A program made the position numbers and the translations under genes. The notes beneath the pieces were generated by a model. That model saw only the letters and a list, made by a program, of their open reading frames with translations, ran no database searches and had not been told where the DNA came from. A stretch of DNA of 64,000 nt, from assembly GCA_040954595.2 (NCBI GenBank), contig CM082577.2, positions 5,754,301 to 5,818,300 on the forward strand, given 5' to 3'. Shown here piece by piece: positions 26,694 through 38,736 of this stretch. Source of the DNA: Balanoglossus misakiensis (taxonomy: Eukaryota; Animalia; Hemichordata). The stretch's first letter is position 1; every line of letters begins with the position of its first letter.

Positions 26694-27025
26694 ATTAGGT
26701 CAGCAGAAGTAAGAGTCTGTTTGAGACGAAGTTTATTGAACACAAATCAGTTTTTTAAGATATTTCAACACGGTCACACCTACTACGGATGTGACAATCA
26801 TCATCAGATGATGGATTAAACAAGTAGCATAATGAATTTTGTCAACATTAAACTTCATAAACTTTCTTTCTGCATCTTTCCTTTTCTGGTACTTATAGAT
26901 GTCACTTTGCAATGGGCCTGTCATGAATTTTTGGCAATACCATTTTCGGCTGATCACATTTGATGATATGTTGTGTGTGGCTTTTCATTTTTTCCGTGAT
27001 CACAGCTTTTCCTTTATTAAATAAT

Positions 27026-27514
27026 TTAACCCTGTGCAGCCCACAGTGCCCTCAGACGTCTTATATGGGTGCTGCTACTGCTTGAGCGCGAGCAGTTCAG
27101 CTGACTGGCAACTGACATAAATGCTATGTCAACACACAAGTGTAAAAGGAATAACAAAAAATAGTTATAAATAAAAAAAAATAAGATAATCAGACCATCT
27201 ATTTTGTTTATGTTTATTTCAAGACGAACTGTAGTTGCTGAAAAAAAATCTATATTTTTCTCTAAACCGTGTTCCAGAATATTCAGTAAGGTAAAATGTA
27301 GTGGAAATTTTATATTTTCATAATCATTTTAGCATCATTTGAAAGCCAATTTTTTTAGCCTTCATATGAAAATATGTTGCTGTAGTCAATTTTTAGCTCA
27401 TTTTGGTTATATTGAAGAAAAGAAATCACTGTCAGTCATTGAATAATATTTTCTAATTTGAGTGGAAAGTTCTGGTCTCCACTGTGGATTGTTATGCAAA
27501 TGAGCTGGGCTGCA
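27026..27514. mobile_element. piggyBac-like (TTAA-CCC) non-autonomous element, right TIR cut by the minisatellite
   Basis: Left end TTAACCCTGTGCAGCCCA. At the right end TGGGCTGCA (27506-27514) runs directly into the ATCAAC array, and the expected CAGGGTTAA is missing. Confidence 0.5.
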
Positions 27515-28565
27515 TCAACGCTATCAACACACATCAACGCCCATCAACAGGCATCAACGCTATCAACACACATCAACGCCCATCAACAGGCATCAACGCT
27601 ATCAACGCACATCAACAGGCATCAACGCTATCAACACACATCAACGCTATCAACAGGCATCAACGCCCATCAACAGGCATCAACGCTATCAACACACATC
27701 AACAGGCATCAACGCCCATCAACAGGCATCAACGCTATCAACACACATCAACGCACATCAACAGGCATCAACAGGCATCAACGCTATCAACACACATCAA
27801 CGCCCATCAACAGGCATCAACGCTATCAACACACATCAACAGGCATCAACGCCCATCAACAGGCATCAACGCTATCAACACACATCAACGCTATCAACGC
27901 ACATCAACAGGCATCAACGCCCATCAACAGGCATCAACGCTATCAACACACATCAACGCCCATCAACAGGCATCAACGCTATCAACACACATCAACAGGC
28001 ATCAACGCCCATCAACAGGCATCAACACACATCAACGCACATCAACAGGCATCAACGCCCATCAACAGGCATCAACGCCCATCAACAGGCATCAACAGGC
28101 ATCAACACACATCAACGCACATCAACAGGCATCAACGCCCATCAACAGGCATCAACGCTATCAACGCACATCAACAGGCATCAACGCCCATCAACAGGCA
28201 TCAACGCTATCAACACACATCAACAGGCATCAACGCCCATCAACAGGCATCAACACACATCAACGCACATCAACAGGCATCAACGCCCATCAACAGGCAT
28301 CAACGCCCATCAACAGGCATCAACAGGCATCAACACACATCAACGCACATCAACGCTATCAACACACATCAACTGCACATCAACGCCCATCAACAGGCAT
28401 CAACACACATCAACGCACATCAACAGGCATCAACGCCCATCAACAGGCATCAACGCTATCAACACACATCAACAGGCATCAACGCCCATCAATGCTATCA
28501 ACGCCCATCAATGCTATCAACGCCCATCAACACACATCAACGCCCATCAACACACATCAACGCCC
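27512..28565. repeat. Multivariant minisatellite of ATCAAC plus a 3-4 nt variable tail, about 105 units
   Basis: Interspersed units ATCAACGCT, ATCAACACAC, ATCAACGCCC, ATCAACAGGC and ATCAACGCAC. The + strand has no stop codons, which produces the 385/388-aa pseudo-ORFs. Confidence 0.96.
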
Positions 28566-29731
28566 GTGTTATAGCGAAACAAGTAACTGCTGTGGTGGTG
28601 AATGGTTGTTGTTGAGGGACGGAAAGTACAATGACTTCAAAAGCCTGTAACTCCAGGCTAACCTCGCTTGTGTTATACACACAGACTTCAACACCCTGAC
28701 TACTATCATCAATATGCATTAATAGTTGTAAACTTGTATCGACGCTATATTAAAACATTATACTTTTTTTTATTATTTCAAATGCAAATTATTTTTCTAT
28801 CTTGGACCAATGAGAATAAACCTTCCGAGCTGCTGCGAGTCAGCCCAAGACACGTGCGTTGTTGTGACTGGCTGTTTGGTTTGAGACTCCCTAAGTTATT
28901 GTAATCTCAATGTGCGGCCACTGAAATGAACTTCGCCGCAACCGTTGGACCATAGTTGGCTGGAGTTGGCTACTTGTTTTCAACAATTCTGTTTTACGCA
29001 TCTACTGTAAACACATGATAAAATGCGCAGTATTTAGCTTACTAACTAGCCTAGCTAGGTAGAAAGATGACGGATTGATTAGAAAAAAAAGCTGGCTGTC
29101 ACTTTCCCTCTTTCTTTGCAACTTTTTAAAGGGCCACTGCCTGCAGACCAAACTACTGGCCGAAACATTCTCGAAAGGGGGTGGGGTCAATTAAAGTAAT
29201 AATGAATGACAGTCCAACTTTCAAAATAACGATGATGATGATAATAATATACTTCTCACGCTGTGACATGGTAACAAAACCACTCTGGTGATTTAAAAGT
29301 CCAACACTCCTAACCGTCATCAATATTAAAAGGCATTTTCTCATATTTTTTTTAGAAAATGTTATGAAAGAACATGTTATTCAATTTATGTACATGTAGA
29401 TATCCAGTCATGCCTGGCTCTGAGGCTCGGCCCCTCAGGTCTGACCGGCAAAGCTAAGCCGTTTCAGAACCAGTGTACACCGTCCACACATGTTTTTTTA
29501 AAGACGGTATCTGATCTGTGACGCTTCAGAACCATCTTAATAGATATACTGGTATTCTCATGTTATGGTTTGAATTGAGTTGTAACATGGTTGTAACAAC
29601 TAGTCATTTTAGCATGCGCATGTTTTGTGATTAGAACAACCTCCAATAGCCTATCAACAGCTTTCTTTAGCTTCTTTGTAAAATTATAAATGGCCGAAAC
29701 AGGAGTTTGTGCTCATTGCGTTTGAGCTTAG

Positions 29732-29827
29732 TCTAGTATCTAGCCGTATTTTGTCAGCTATGCTTCCGAAACTAATTTTAGTTCTGGAAGCAAATCGGAC
29801 AAAATACGGCTAGATAGGCCTACTAGA
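29732..29827. mobile_element. Hairpin-shaped MITE remnant
   Basis: TATCTAGCCGTATTTTGTC...TGCTTCC pairs with GGAAGCA...GACAAAATACGGCTAGATA, forming an imperfect palindrome of about 80-95 bp. Confidence 0.7.
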
Positions 29828-30920
29828 TAGTTTGAGCTGTGCACGGTTACTAGTAACCGTGAGCTGTGGTAACCGTGGTAACATCGCATGCACAGCACAT
29901 AGAAGTTCTAGGAAACAAACGCGTTTTATACACTTGCAGCAGCTTTGTGTGTTTGACTGTGATGAGAAAATGTTGGTGAAAAACAGGGGGGGGGGGGGAC
30001 GCAGGTTTCACAAAGGTGACCTTTACTATGCAAATTTTGTCAATCCCGATCGTATTGTCATTTTCGCTTGCGAAGAATGTTGTCTTGCTGGATGCCGAGT
30101 AAAAATAAACAACAAACAATGCTCCGAGCTTATCATCCCCAGGAATAGATCGAAGCCAATTACATGTGTGTTAAAAAGTGAAATACATTTGAAGTTGTTT
30201 AATCAGGGTCTATTATCATACAAATATCTCGGTTTATTGTTTTCTTGTAGATACACGTGGAGTAAACATGTATATACTAGTGCTTACTCTGTGTACTTAG
30301 TAATTTAGCTGCACAAACACGAACAAGGCAAGTTGGTACATGTACATTCGCGACACTATACGTCACAGGTTCCCGTGTTATAGTTTTTTAAATTTTAATA
30401 TGATACATACATATCATGGACCTCCATGATACATCTGTACATGATGTAGACCCGCTGAATATTCATAAGATGGAAATATTTGTGGAGCACGGTGATCAAT
30501 CACAACGCTCATCATGTTGGACACAACCATAACTAACTCACTTGCGATGATCGGTGTTTCCTTGATGAATTTATCAGCTTGGTATCTGTGGTACAGAAGT
30601 TAATTAAAAACATAAGAGCGTTGCATTTTTGTACTGAGTCATAAAGGTGCGCCTTGCAAATTGGACAGCGCAAGTATTTCTAAGGTGCGCCCCTCACACT
30701 ATGGCTTCTAGGATCGGATGGAATCGTCCAGGAAAAGCCCCCCAAAGAAATATCCCGGATGTTCATCTGCGCCTAAAATAGATTTTACGTCACGCGTCAC
30801 TTTCACCCAAACCGGAGTGGTTGTGGCCCATGTAATAATGTTCTCTTTTATTTCGTGACAACAACCAGAAGAAGTTTATAGGCAGTGAAACATTGAGCTG
30901 CAATCAACGCACGGGCAGCT

Positions 30921-33900
30921 ATGGCTGCTGATGAGACGAGAGAGGTTCCGAGGCTAGAAGATTTCCATGTGTCTGGGCAGTTGGGATTTGTCATGGAAAA
31001 CCCATTGGTACGTTTACATTTCATGTTTAGCCGGTCGGTATATTACACATGTAAGCCAGCGCACGTTGACACACGGATTTGTGCTGACTCAAAATAAAAG
31101 TCGTCGCTCTCATCGTCTTATTTAATCCATTGGATCTAGATTCTAAAGCCAGATTTATTTTACTTCACTTTCTGCAGTGATCATCACGTTCTTCGGCTGT
31201 TTCCACACGTAGGCAGGCATGCGCAAGGCGGCGGGTGTTGAGTATGCGTACCCGTGCGCATGATCACGTTCGCGTCCTTCGCCGGCGAAAGCTCTTGCCT
31301 GGCCTGTAATTAATAATTTACGTTTCCCTCGCCGGCTTGTAGCATGCTTTTACATCCGTAGGTCCGTACGAGACTATCGCTGTCAGCTCCGGCTCGGAAC
31401 ACGACAATCGCCGGCAACCGAGTCTTTCTGGGCGCTGCGATTTCAGCGAATATTGTTACTATAAACAAACATGTATATCGGTTATTCTTATTTCGCTTTT
31501 GACCCCACAGACATGAATGAAGTGTGAATCTTTTATTATTTGGTGGTACAATGAACTTGCGCAGTGCAAATTGCCGGTTGGAGGTCGAAGGCGACGGTAA
31601 ATTGTCGACCTCAGCATTTCTGGAGAGCTATACTTTCGATACGAGTCTCGAGACGGCTCGCCACCGCGGTTTTCATGTTGCAATTTTAGTTCGGGGTTCT
31701 TGTCCTGCCCACCTGAAGAGCCCCGATATCGAATCTAGATTTACGTTACTGGTACCATGGTCGCACTAGCTTGCTGGTACCCGACCGACCAGGCGGCCTG
31801 GCCCTGCGAACAGACGGTCAATCAACCTCACACTGCGAGGGCATGTGGATGAGCAGCAGTTCTGTCCGCGTCATTACCATGGTAACCTTGACCGTACCAT
31901 AGGTGACCGTACTGACTGTTGGTTATCTCATTCTGTGTGGCGGTAGTGGTTATCGATCAATAAATAAAGTGTTGTAATGTTTGCTGCTCGTGAGCAGTTC
32001 GTAGCATGGAGGTACTAGAGAGATGGTCGTAGCAGATTTACATCGCTTGCACCAAACAAGATGCAGCATGAATGTAGTGGTCAGAGCACAATGATCAACA
32101 AAATCAATATTCAGCTCACGTGAACTGATGCACTAAACATTGTTTATACTGATATTGGACTCTGGACTGCAACTTGTCCTTCAAGTCTTTTCGGGGAGTG
32201 TACGTAAAAAGACCCCGATGGTCTTAGAGGCTTCAAGAGCAGCTGAGCTATGAATTTTCAAACTTTCTTTTCAGTTGTTTATTTAGGTTGCTAGTGATGA
32301 TGATGGCAATAAATATACTGAACTGTCAACGTCTGTTTTCTTATTGCTGCAGCTTGAGTTGCCACCCTATTTCCATGTGTGGAATGAAATGGGAAGAGAA
32401 CTGAGCGATATGATTTATTATGGAACTATCCGGGATAAAATTCATGAGGTAAGATTTTTCAATTGGCCATTTGTTTTGCTTTCTGGAATGGATTTGAATT
32501 CCATGCAGAATATTGACAAAGTGACTCAATACAAAACAGAACATTGCCAGCTAAATGTACTGGTACGTTGATCTGTTTTCACATACCTGGACTGGCACTG
32601 GGAAATGAAAACCTCAGCCAACAGCAAGTGTTGATTGAATTGAAAAGAAAAAGATAACACATTTGACATTATCACGCATGTAATGCACAGTGTCTGGGAC
32701 GTCATATGCATGAGTGTTCAGATTGTATTCTGCAACATACAGTCCTACCATTGGGCCTGTTTTTAGAAAAGTGTATTGAACAGCTTTTGAATGTCGATCG
32801 TTATATTTATTTAGCACATCTCTCTGTTGTGCAAGTTCAAAATGGCTTTGTTGTGTCATTCCTCCACACAAGGCGAACAACCATCACTGTTCATCTCTAT
32901 TTTCAATTTCAAATATTCAAAGCAAATCATCCACTACCACTGATTATTGCATTTTCTGTTGCAGATGCCTCTTTTGGACCACAGTCTACTGGAAGGACAC
33001 CGGCAACTTCGACTGGCCCATCTCATCTTGTCTTGTCTGGCAAGCGGTTATGTCTGGATGGAAGGAGAACAAAATGTACCATCTGTAAGTTTTTCTATTT
33101 TTCTTGTTTTTTTTTTAATTTAGCGCAGTTATCAGTCTTCTTGCCTGGGCAATAACAGAGTAGCAGCCGCCTGTCTATAATTTTCTGAAAAACAAAAGGA
33201 ACTCATTAACATAACAATAATCTATATTGTTATGCAAATGACTTTTTTTCCATTCCAGAGACTTCCGGAAAGCCTAGCAGTACCACTTTGGAGCATTTCC
33301 CAGAAACTGGGAATACCAGCGGCAGTCGGAATGCATTACTCAGTGTGTCTCGCAAACTGGAAGCTCAAAGATCCTTCTGGACCAATTCATATTGAGTGAG
33401 AATTTTTGGTATTTCTTGTAACTTTTCTTTGGGGGGGGGGACTAATTTGAAAACCATACCTCAAACATTTTCTACATCTGTGATTTACTCAAATTCATTT
33501 TTATTGAAAAATCTTACCACCTAAGCAGTCTTCACGCAAAGAAAGTCGAGAGAGTCTCCTGTTTATGTTTGTATGTGTGCCTTTTGATTGTCTGCTGTTC
33601 TCAAGTAAGCTGTATTCACCCGTCGGTTGTTGCGCAGTTTCTATTCAACCCGAACCACAAGACAAACCATCCAATCTCACCACCTGTGCTTTTCAAATTT
33701 GTTCCAAATAAAAGCTGCGGAAGACATGACTCAGCTTCTCGGAGGATGGTCTTACAATTTGTAAAAAAAAACACCAGATAATTGGGATTCTGAAAATTGG
33801 TAAACACTCGGGCAATAAACGCACGACTATTATCTAAAGGATGCTCCACAGAAAGGAAAACAAGACAACCACCTGGCAAGACAAAGACTGTCTTGCCAGT

Positions 33901-36900
33901 AAACGTTCACCCGCAGAAAAAAAAATCAAATTAATTGAGCGGTAGTCTGGCTCGAAGATGAAACACAAAGCCACCTGAAAGGAAGGGTTCTTTTTTTCCA
34001 GTCAATTTAACACGTATCTCCTAATTCGCAGTGACGATCAACCGACTGCATTATGTTAAAAAGAACCAAAGGGGGAACCACAAAACCTTTTCCCACCAGC
34101 ACTTTTGTCCTGTGATTTTTGAAGTGGGTATTAGCGCCGTCTTTTTTTCCTACGGGTTCCAAAGAATTCAAACTGTCTGACATTCCAGCAAATTACAGAG
34201 CAGGCAGTTATAGTTCAGTTCAGCAGAACTTTCATGTGACCTGTGTTCTCTTTCTCATAAAAGGAAGATATGGCGCGTGATATCATTCGATTTCTTCGTC
34301 TTCCAAATTCCCAATGACAGCTGATAGCTGTTAAAACGACAGATTTCATTCAATTGGACATTGTGCTCACTGTTTGGTTTGGTTCAGTCCACTAAGCATC
34401 TTCAATGGGAAGAAATGAACCACAATGATTGATGTCCACCGGTCACAATACCCTCTTTTTCTTGTTTGTCTATAAAGTCACATCTGAAATGGTCTATTTC
34501 CGCTGGCCATTGGGAATCAGACTGTTTTGGAGTGACTCGGCATTCTCTTTGGTATCGGGTAGACAGTCGCATGCTGTTGCCCTCATGGCCAGTCAATACA
34601 TGTATACCATTCTACCGCAAAGGCAGTGTGCATGAATGCCGCTTGCCCAGGGCACATGCATGCAAATAAGTCATAAAGAAATGAACGATATAAAAAAAAA
34701 ACATGAATATTAATATGTGTTTTGTTCATCCCTCCAGCAACATGGAGACCATAATAAAAATCCAGTGCGGTATTCACGAAGAATGGTTCTTCCTGGTCGC
34801 TGTGCAAGTGGAAATTGACACTGCGCCAGGTCTGGTCAACATGATCAAGGCCCAACAGGTAGGTTAAACATCCAGCGCCCATACATTCTGAATGTTTGAA
34901 GCTATTTCTCTGTGAAAAAATTCCCCGTTTACCTGTAAGACTGGCTTTCATGGGTCATTATTTAAATTTTCCGTGTTTAACAACCGATGTTGTCTTCATG
35001 ATCGACTCCAGGCTGTTAAAGACAGGGATGTGGATAAGCTGATTGAGGCCTTGCATGTGATGACGCAGGCACTGAAAAAGATGAGAGCAACTCTGACAAG
35101 GATGCATGGTAAGTTAATGCATCATCTATTGGACCCACACACACACACACATCACCTTAACCAAATTCACAATGTAAAGCTCCATTCACTCTCACTTTGG
35201 GCTATTTTTTCAGTATTTTACTACAATATATATCAACACCGGCTTTTTGTTCTACTCTGACTTAATTTATAAAATGTTCAGTCTTCAGCTTCTCAACAAA
35301 GCTTGTGTATATGAGTAATGGTTATTGTCCACCAATGAATTCAAGTGTGGACTTGAAATCAATTTTCAACAGTATTTAAAATGTTGATTACTACAAATTG
35401 AAATAAAAATACTCATCAATTCTTAGTTTAACTGAATAGAACATAACCACTTCCCATCATTGTGAGCCCCACTTTGAAATATTACCCGTCTCTAAAAATA
35501 TTTATTAATTTCAAAGCATTGTCATCTCTTCCTGAAAATTTAATAACCTAGCTCTTATGTGTTTTTTTTCAGAGAGAAATGATCCTGATGTTTACTTCAA
35601 TGTTTTACGAATATTTTTATCAGGGTAAGTAAAAAACAAACTAGTTTTAACAATACTGAAAATTTCAAAAAACTTTGATATAAGAGCAAAAGCCATCTTG
35701 CAGAAAATCTACTGATTTCATTCTACTGCGATTGTCTCAGCAGGGACTATGTCATTGACAATGGCTTGTTTTTTTCAATAATATTATTTCTGTAGCTGGG
35801 ACCATGCAGCTTTTAGGAGGTTAGGGTACGGGGGTCTAATTTATGACGGTGTCAGTGAAGAACCAGTTTTGGTGAGTCTTCAATTTTTGTTTCAAAATTA
35901 TGTCACAAAAGCTTGACCTCTCTGTCTGTGCAACTGAAAGATACCTTTTACACTTGGACATCTCTTTATAGCTGTCTGCGTACATTAATATGCAAGCAGA
36001 AACTATCCAAACATTGTGTAGGTTGGAAATGTATGTGCGGGTGCATAAGTATGTACATACGTACGTACATTATGTATGTATGTAAGTACATATGGACATT
36101 TTCTTATTTGGATGAAATACAAATTTGCGTTTCATCTTTTTATTTCAGTACTCTGGTGGCAGTGCTGCACAGGGGGCCGCACTCTACAGTTTTGACGAGG
36201 CGCTAGGAATCAAACACGACCCTGTTAAAGGTGATTACCGTACTTCCTTTGTTTTTGGCTTCTTGTATATTTTTTTGTTACTGTACTCAATATGGAACCC
36301 TTCAGTGGTGAATTTTTAGATTACAGAATTTCATCTTTTTCTGTCTTTTTTTTGTCTGCTTGCAGAGGCAATCATCACAAATTTCAAACAATACATGCCC
36401 CCGGATCACAGGGCATTTGTCAAGGCAATATCAAGAGGACCTTCAATTAAAAATTTTGGTGAGAGAAATGGTCGATTTGATCTTTTTGTGTGTGTGCATT
36501 AGTCTTCATGTGTGAGTAGACATGATAGTAGACAGATAGACATGATTTGAGTAATTCTCACGGATGACGCAAATTGTGATGGCAAATTTTTTTATTCTGA
36601 TACTTTTTGGGGATTCTCCAAGAAGCCTATCACATTCACAGCAAGCCCGTGATGCAAATCAGGAACTGTTTGTCAAATGGAAATGTAGAATTCATATTTT
36701 GTAGTAATAGTGTTCAAAACACAAGAACTGATAGGCATTATACCTGGGGGCAGAACTGATGCTAGATAGCAGGCTATGCATTTTTTGATGATTTTGTATT
36801 CTGACCAGCTAAAATTTATTTCATAACCTGTTTCATTTCTCTAATCAGTTGAAACAATGCAAGATGACCGATTATCAGATGCTTACAACGACTGTGTGAA

Positions 36901-38012
36901 AGCGTTGGTAGACTTCAGGAGCTATCATCTACAGCTTGCATGCAGGTAAAGTCGGATGAAAGACAGATCATGAATTAGTCTGTCACTTATTAGAAGATTA
37001 TAACAGTCAGGAATGTCTGTGCTATGAAGAAGCAGAACTCTAAATAAATAAAGCTTGTGATTATTCTTTGACATTAAAGCTATCATCTACAGCTTGCATG
37101 CAGGTAAAGTCATATGAAAGACAGATCATTAATTAATCTGGCACTTATTAGAAGATTATAACAGTCAGGAATGTCTGTGCTATGAAGAAGCAGAACTCTA
37201 AATAAATAAAGCTTGTGATTATTCTTTGACATTAATCTTTTGCGCAGTTGTCAGAGATATGAAAATTACAGCATTTGTTTTTTCAAAGGAAAGAGCTTAA
37301 AATGGTGCTGAAATGTTCTTCTGGTGCTTGAAGACTGTGGACAGATTGGTCGTACTAAAAGCAGATTAGATCAAGCGTTGAAAGCCGACCACTGTAGTCT
37401 TAGTCATGGGGCCGACATATTCATACATACTGGTACATAACATTGATCACAATAAAGTGCAGTCGGGTGTCCTGTTGTGACAGATCCACAGACATTACAG
37501 GCTGCGTCTTCATAGAAATCTCACCAATGTTACCCATCCTGTCTGATCCAATTTCTACAGGTACATCACAATCCAGGCACACAAGAATGCACAGAACAAC
37601 AACGAAGGTGTGACAGACCAGGCCGAGCAAGGCACAGGGGGGACAGGTGCGTGTGCAAATTTATGAAACGGAATTACATCTATAGTCTCACAGTCTGAAA
37701 CTAAGCTTATCTGGACGTGCAGTAACTCCATTGAGGAGGAGGGACCACGTCTGACTCTGTGCACACTTGCCAGTCCCTCTTCCTTGTTCAGAGAAGTATT
37801 TCTCTGCCGACAGATTTCACACAGTTTAGCTGCTATGGTTGTTGTGAATGTATGTGTCACTGAATATAATTGTGAGCCAGCCACCATTCCAAACAGCATC
37901 GTTCAGAATTCAACAGGTATTTTTTTTCTTGTTTTGGGCAGGTTTCATGCAATACTTGAAAGGGCTTCGCAACAACACATCAGCCTCAATACTGAAGGAC
38001 GCCAAGACGTAG
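30921..38012 (+). CDS. IDO: Indoleamine 2,3-dioxygenase-like paralog D, 13 exons, 404 aa
   Basis: Exons 30921-31007, 32353-32448, 32965-33084, 33259-33395, 34738-34858, 35012-35108, 35573-35624, 35796-35871, 36149-36230, 36366-36458, 36849-36945, 37561-37646 and 37942-38012 (1215 nt, open frame). Motifs: CLANWKLKDP, WFFLVAVQVE, YFNVLRIFLSGW, YSGGSAAQ, YMPPDHRAF, FRSYHLQL, GTGGT. Close paralog of copy C. Confidence 0.94.
36920..37235. repeat. 158-bp tandem duplication spanning the IDO-D exon 11/intron 11 junction
   Basis: AGCTATCATCTACAGCTTGCATGCAGGTAAAGTC...CTTTGACATTAA occurs at 36920-37077 and 37078-37235 with a handful of substitutions. Confidence 0.93.
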
Positions 38013-38736
38013 CATTTACCCCCAAGACGTACTTTTGCATATAATCTGATGAATAACGACGCGCCTCAGACTGTCCACCACATTGTCACCTGCGAACTTT
38101 GCTTGACCTTCTGACCCAGAGCGATCCAATTGCTTTGTAGAATGCAGTCATGTATAAGGGCTGTTCCTGTACGTGCTGTAAATAGCATTCATGCTTTTTT
38201 CACAACTATAATCCAGCCTCAGGAACGTTTATAGGACGAGGAATTCACAGAAATTTCTCTCCGTGTATCAGATAGGAATTACCAACAGTCTAGCATTGTG
38301 AGGGTTTGTAAGTATTGAATGCTGTGGTGAATCCTCAGCCTTGATCAACAATCCCCAGATGCCATGTGTGTGTGAATCTAGGGTTTACTTAGATAGGCTG
38401 CCAGGGACATGTAGTAGTAGCCTCCTTGTGATACTTCGAAGAGCAAAGTAGACTGTAGCATGGCAAGGTCGTTTTGGTCAAAATTGCTTTCAATATGCAT
38501 TGAAGCATTGACAAAATGCAGCAACAGCTGATAAGAACTGGTAACAGCCATAACCATGTGAACAAGCATAGTCAAGTTGGAAGGACTGACTGTTTACTGT
38601 TCACTTCATGGCCAGATGATGAAAATCTTGGTAGACTCTTCTGTAACTTCACTGCCTGTACGCACTTGTTTTTAGCTCAGTAAATTTATCGAAGCTTCAT
38701 TCTGAAAACGGCCGCTAGTACTACTGTCAGATTCTT

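Noticed and set aside
27512-28565. CRISPR-like repeat-spacer array
   Set aside because: The repeat is 6 bp and the spacers are five recurring 3-4 bp tails. The DNA is eukaryotic and there are no cas genes.
27458-28650. 385-aa and 388-aa ORFs
   Set aside because: They are translations of the stop-free ATCAAC minisatellite in two frames, start at TTG/GTG codons, and have no gene context.
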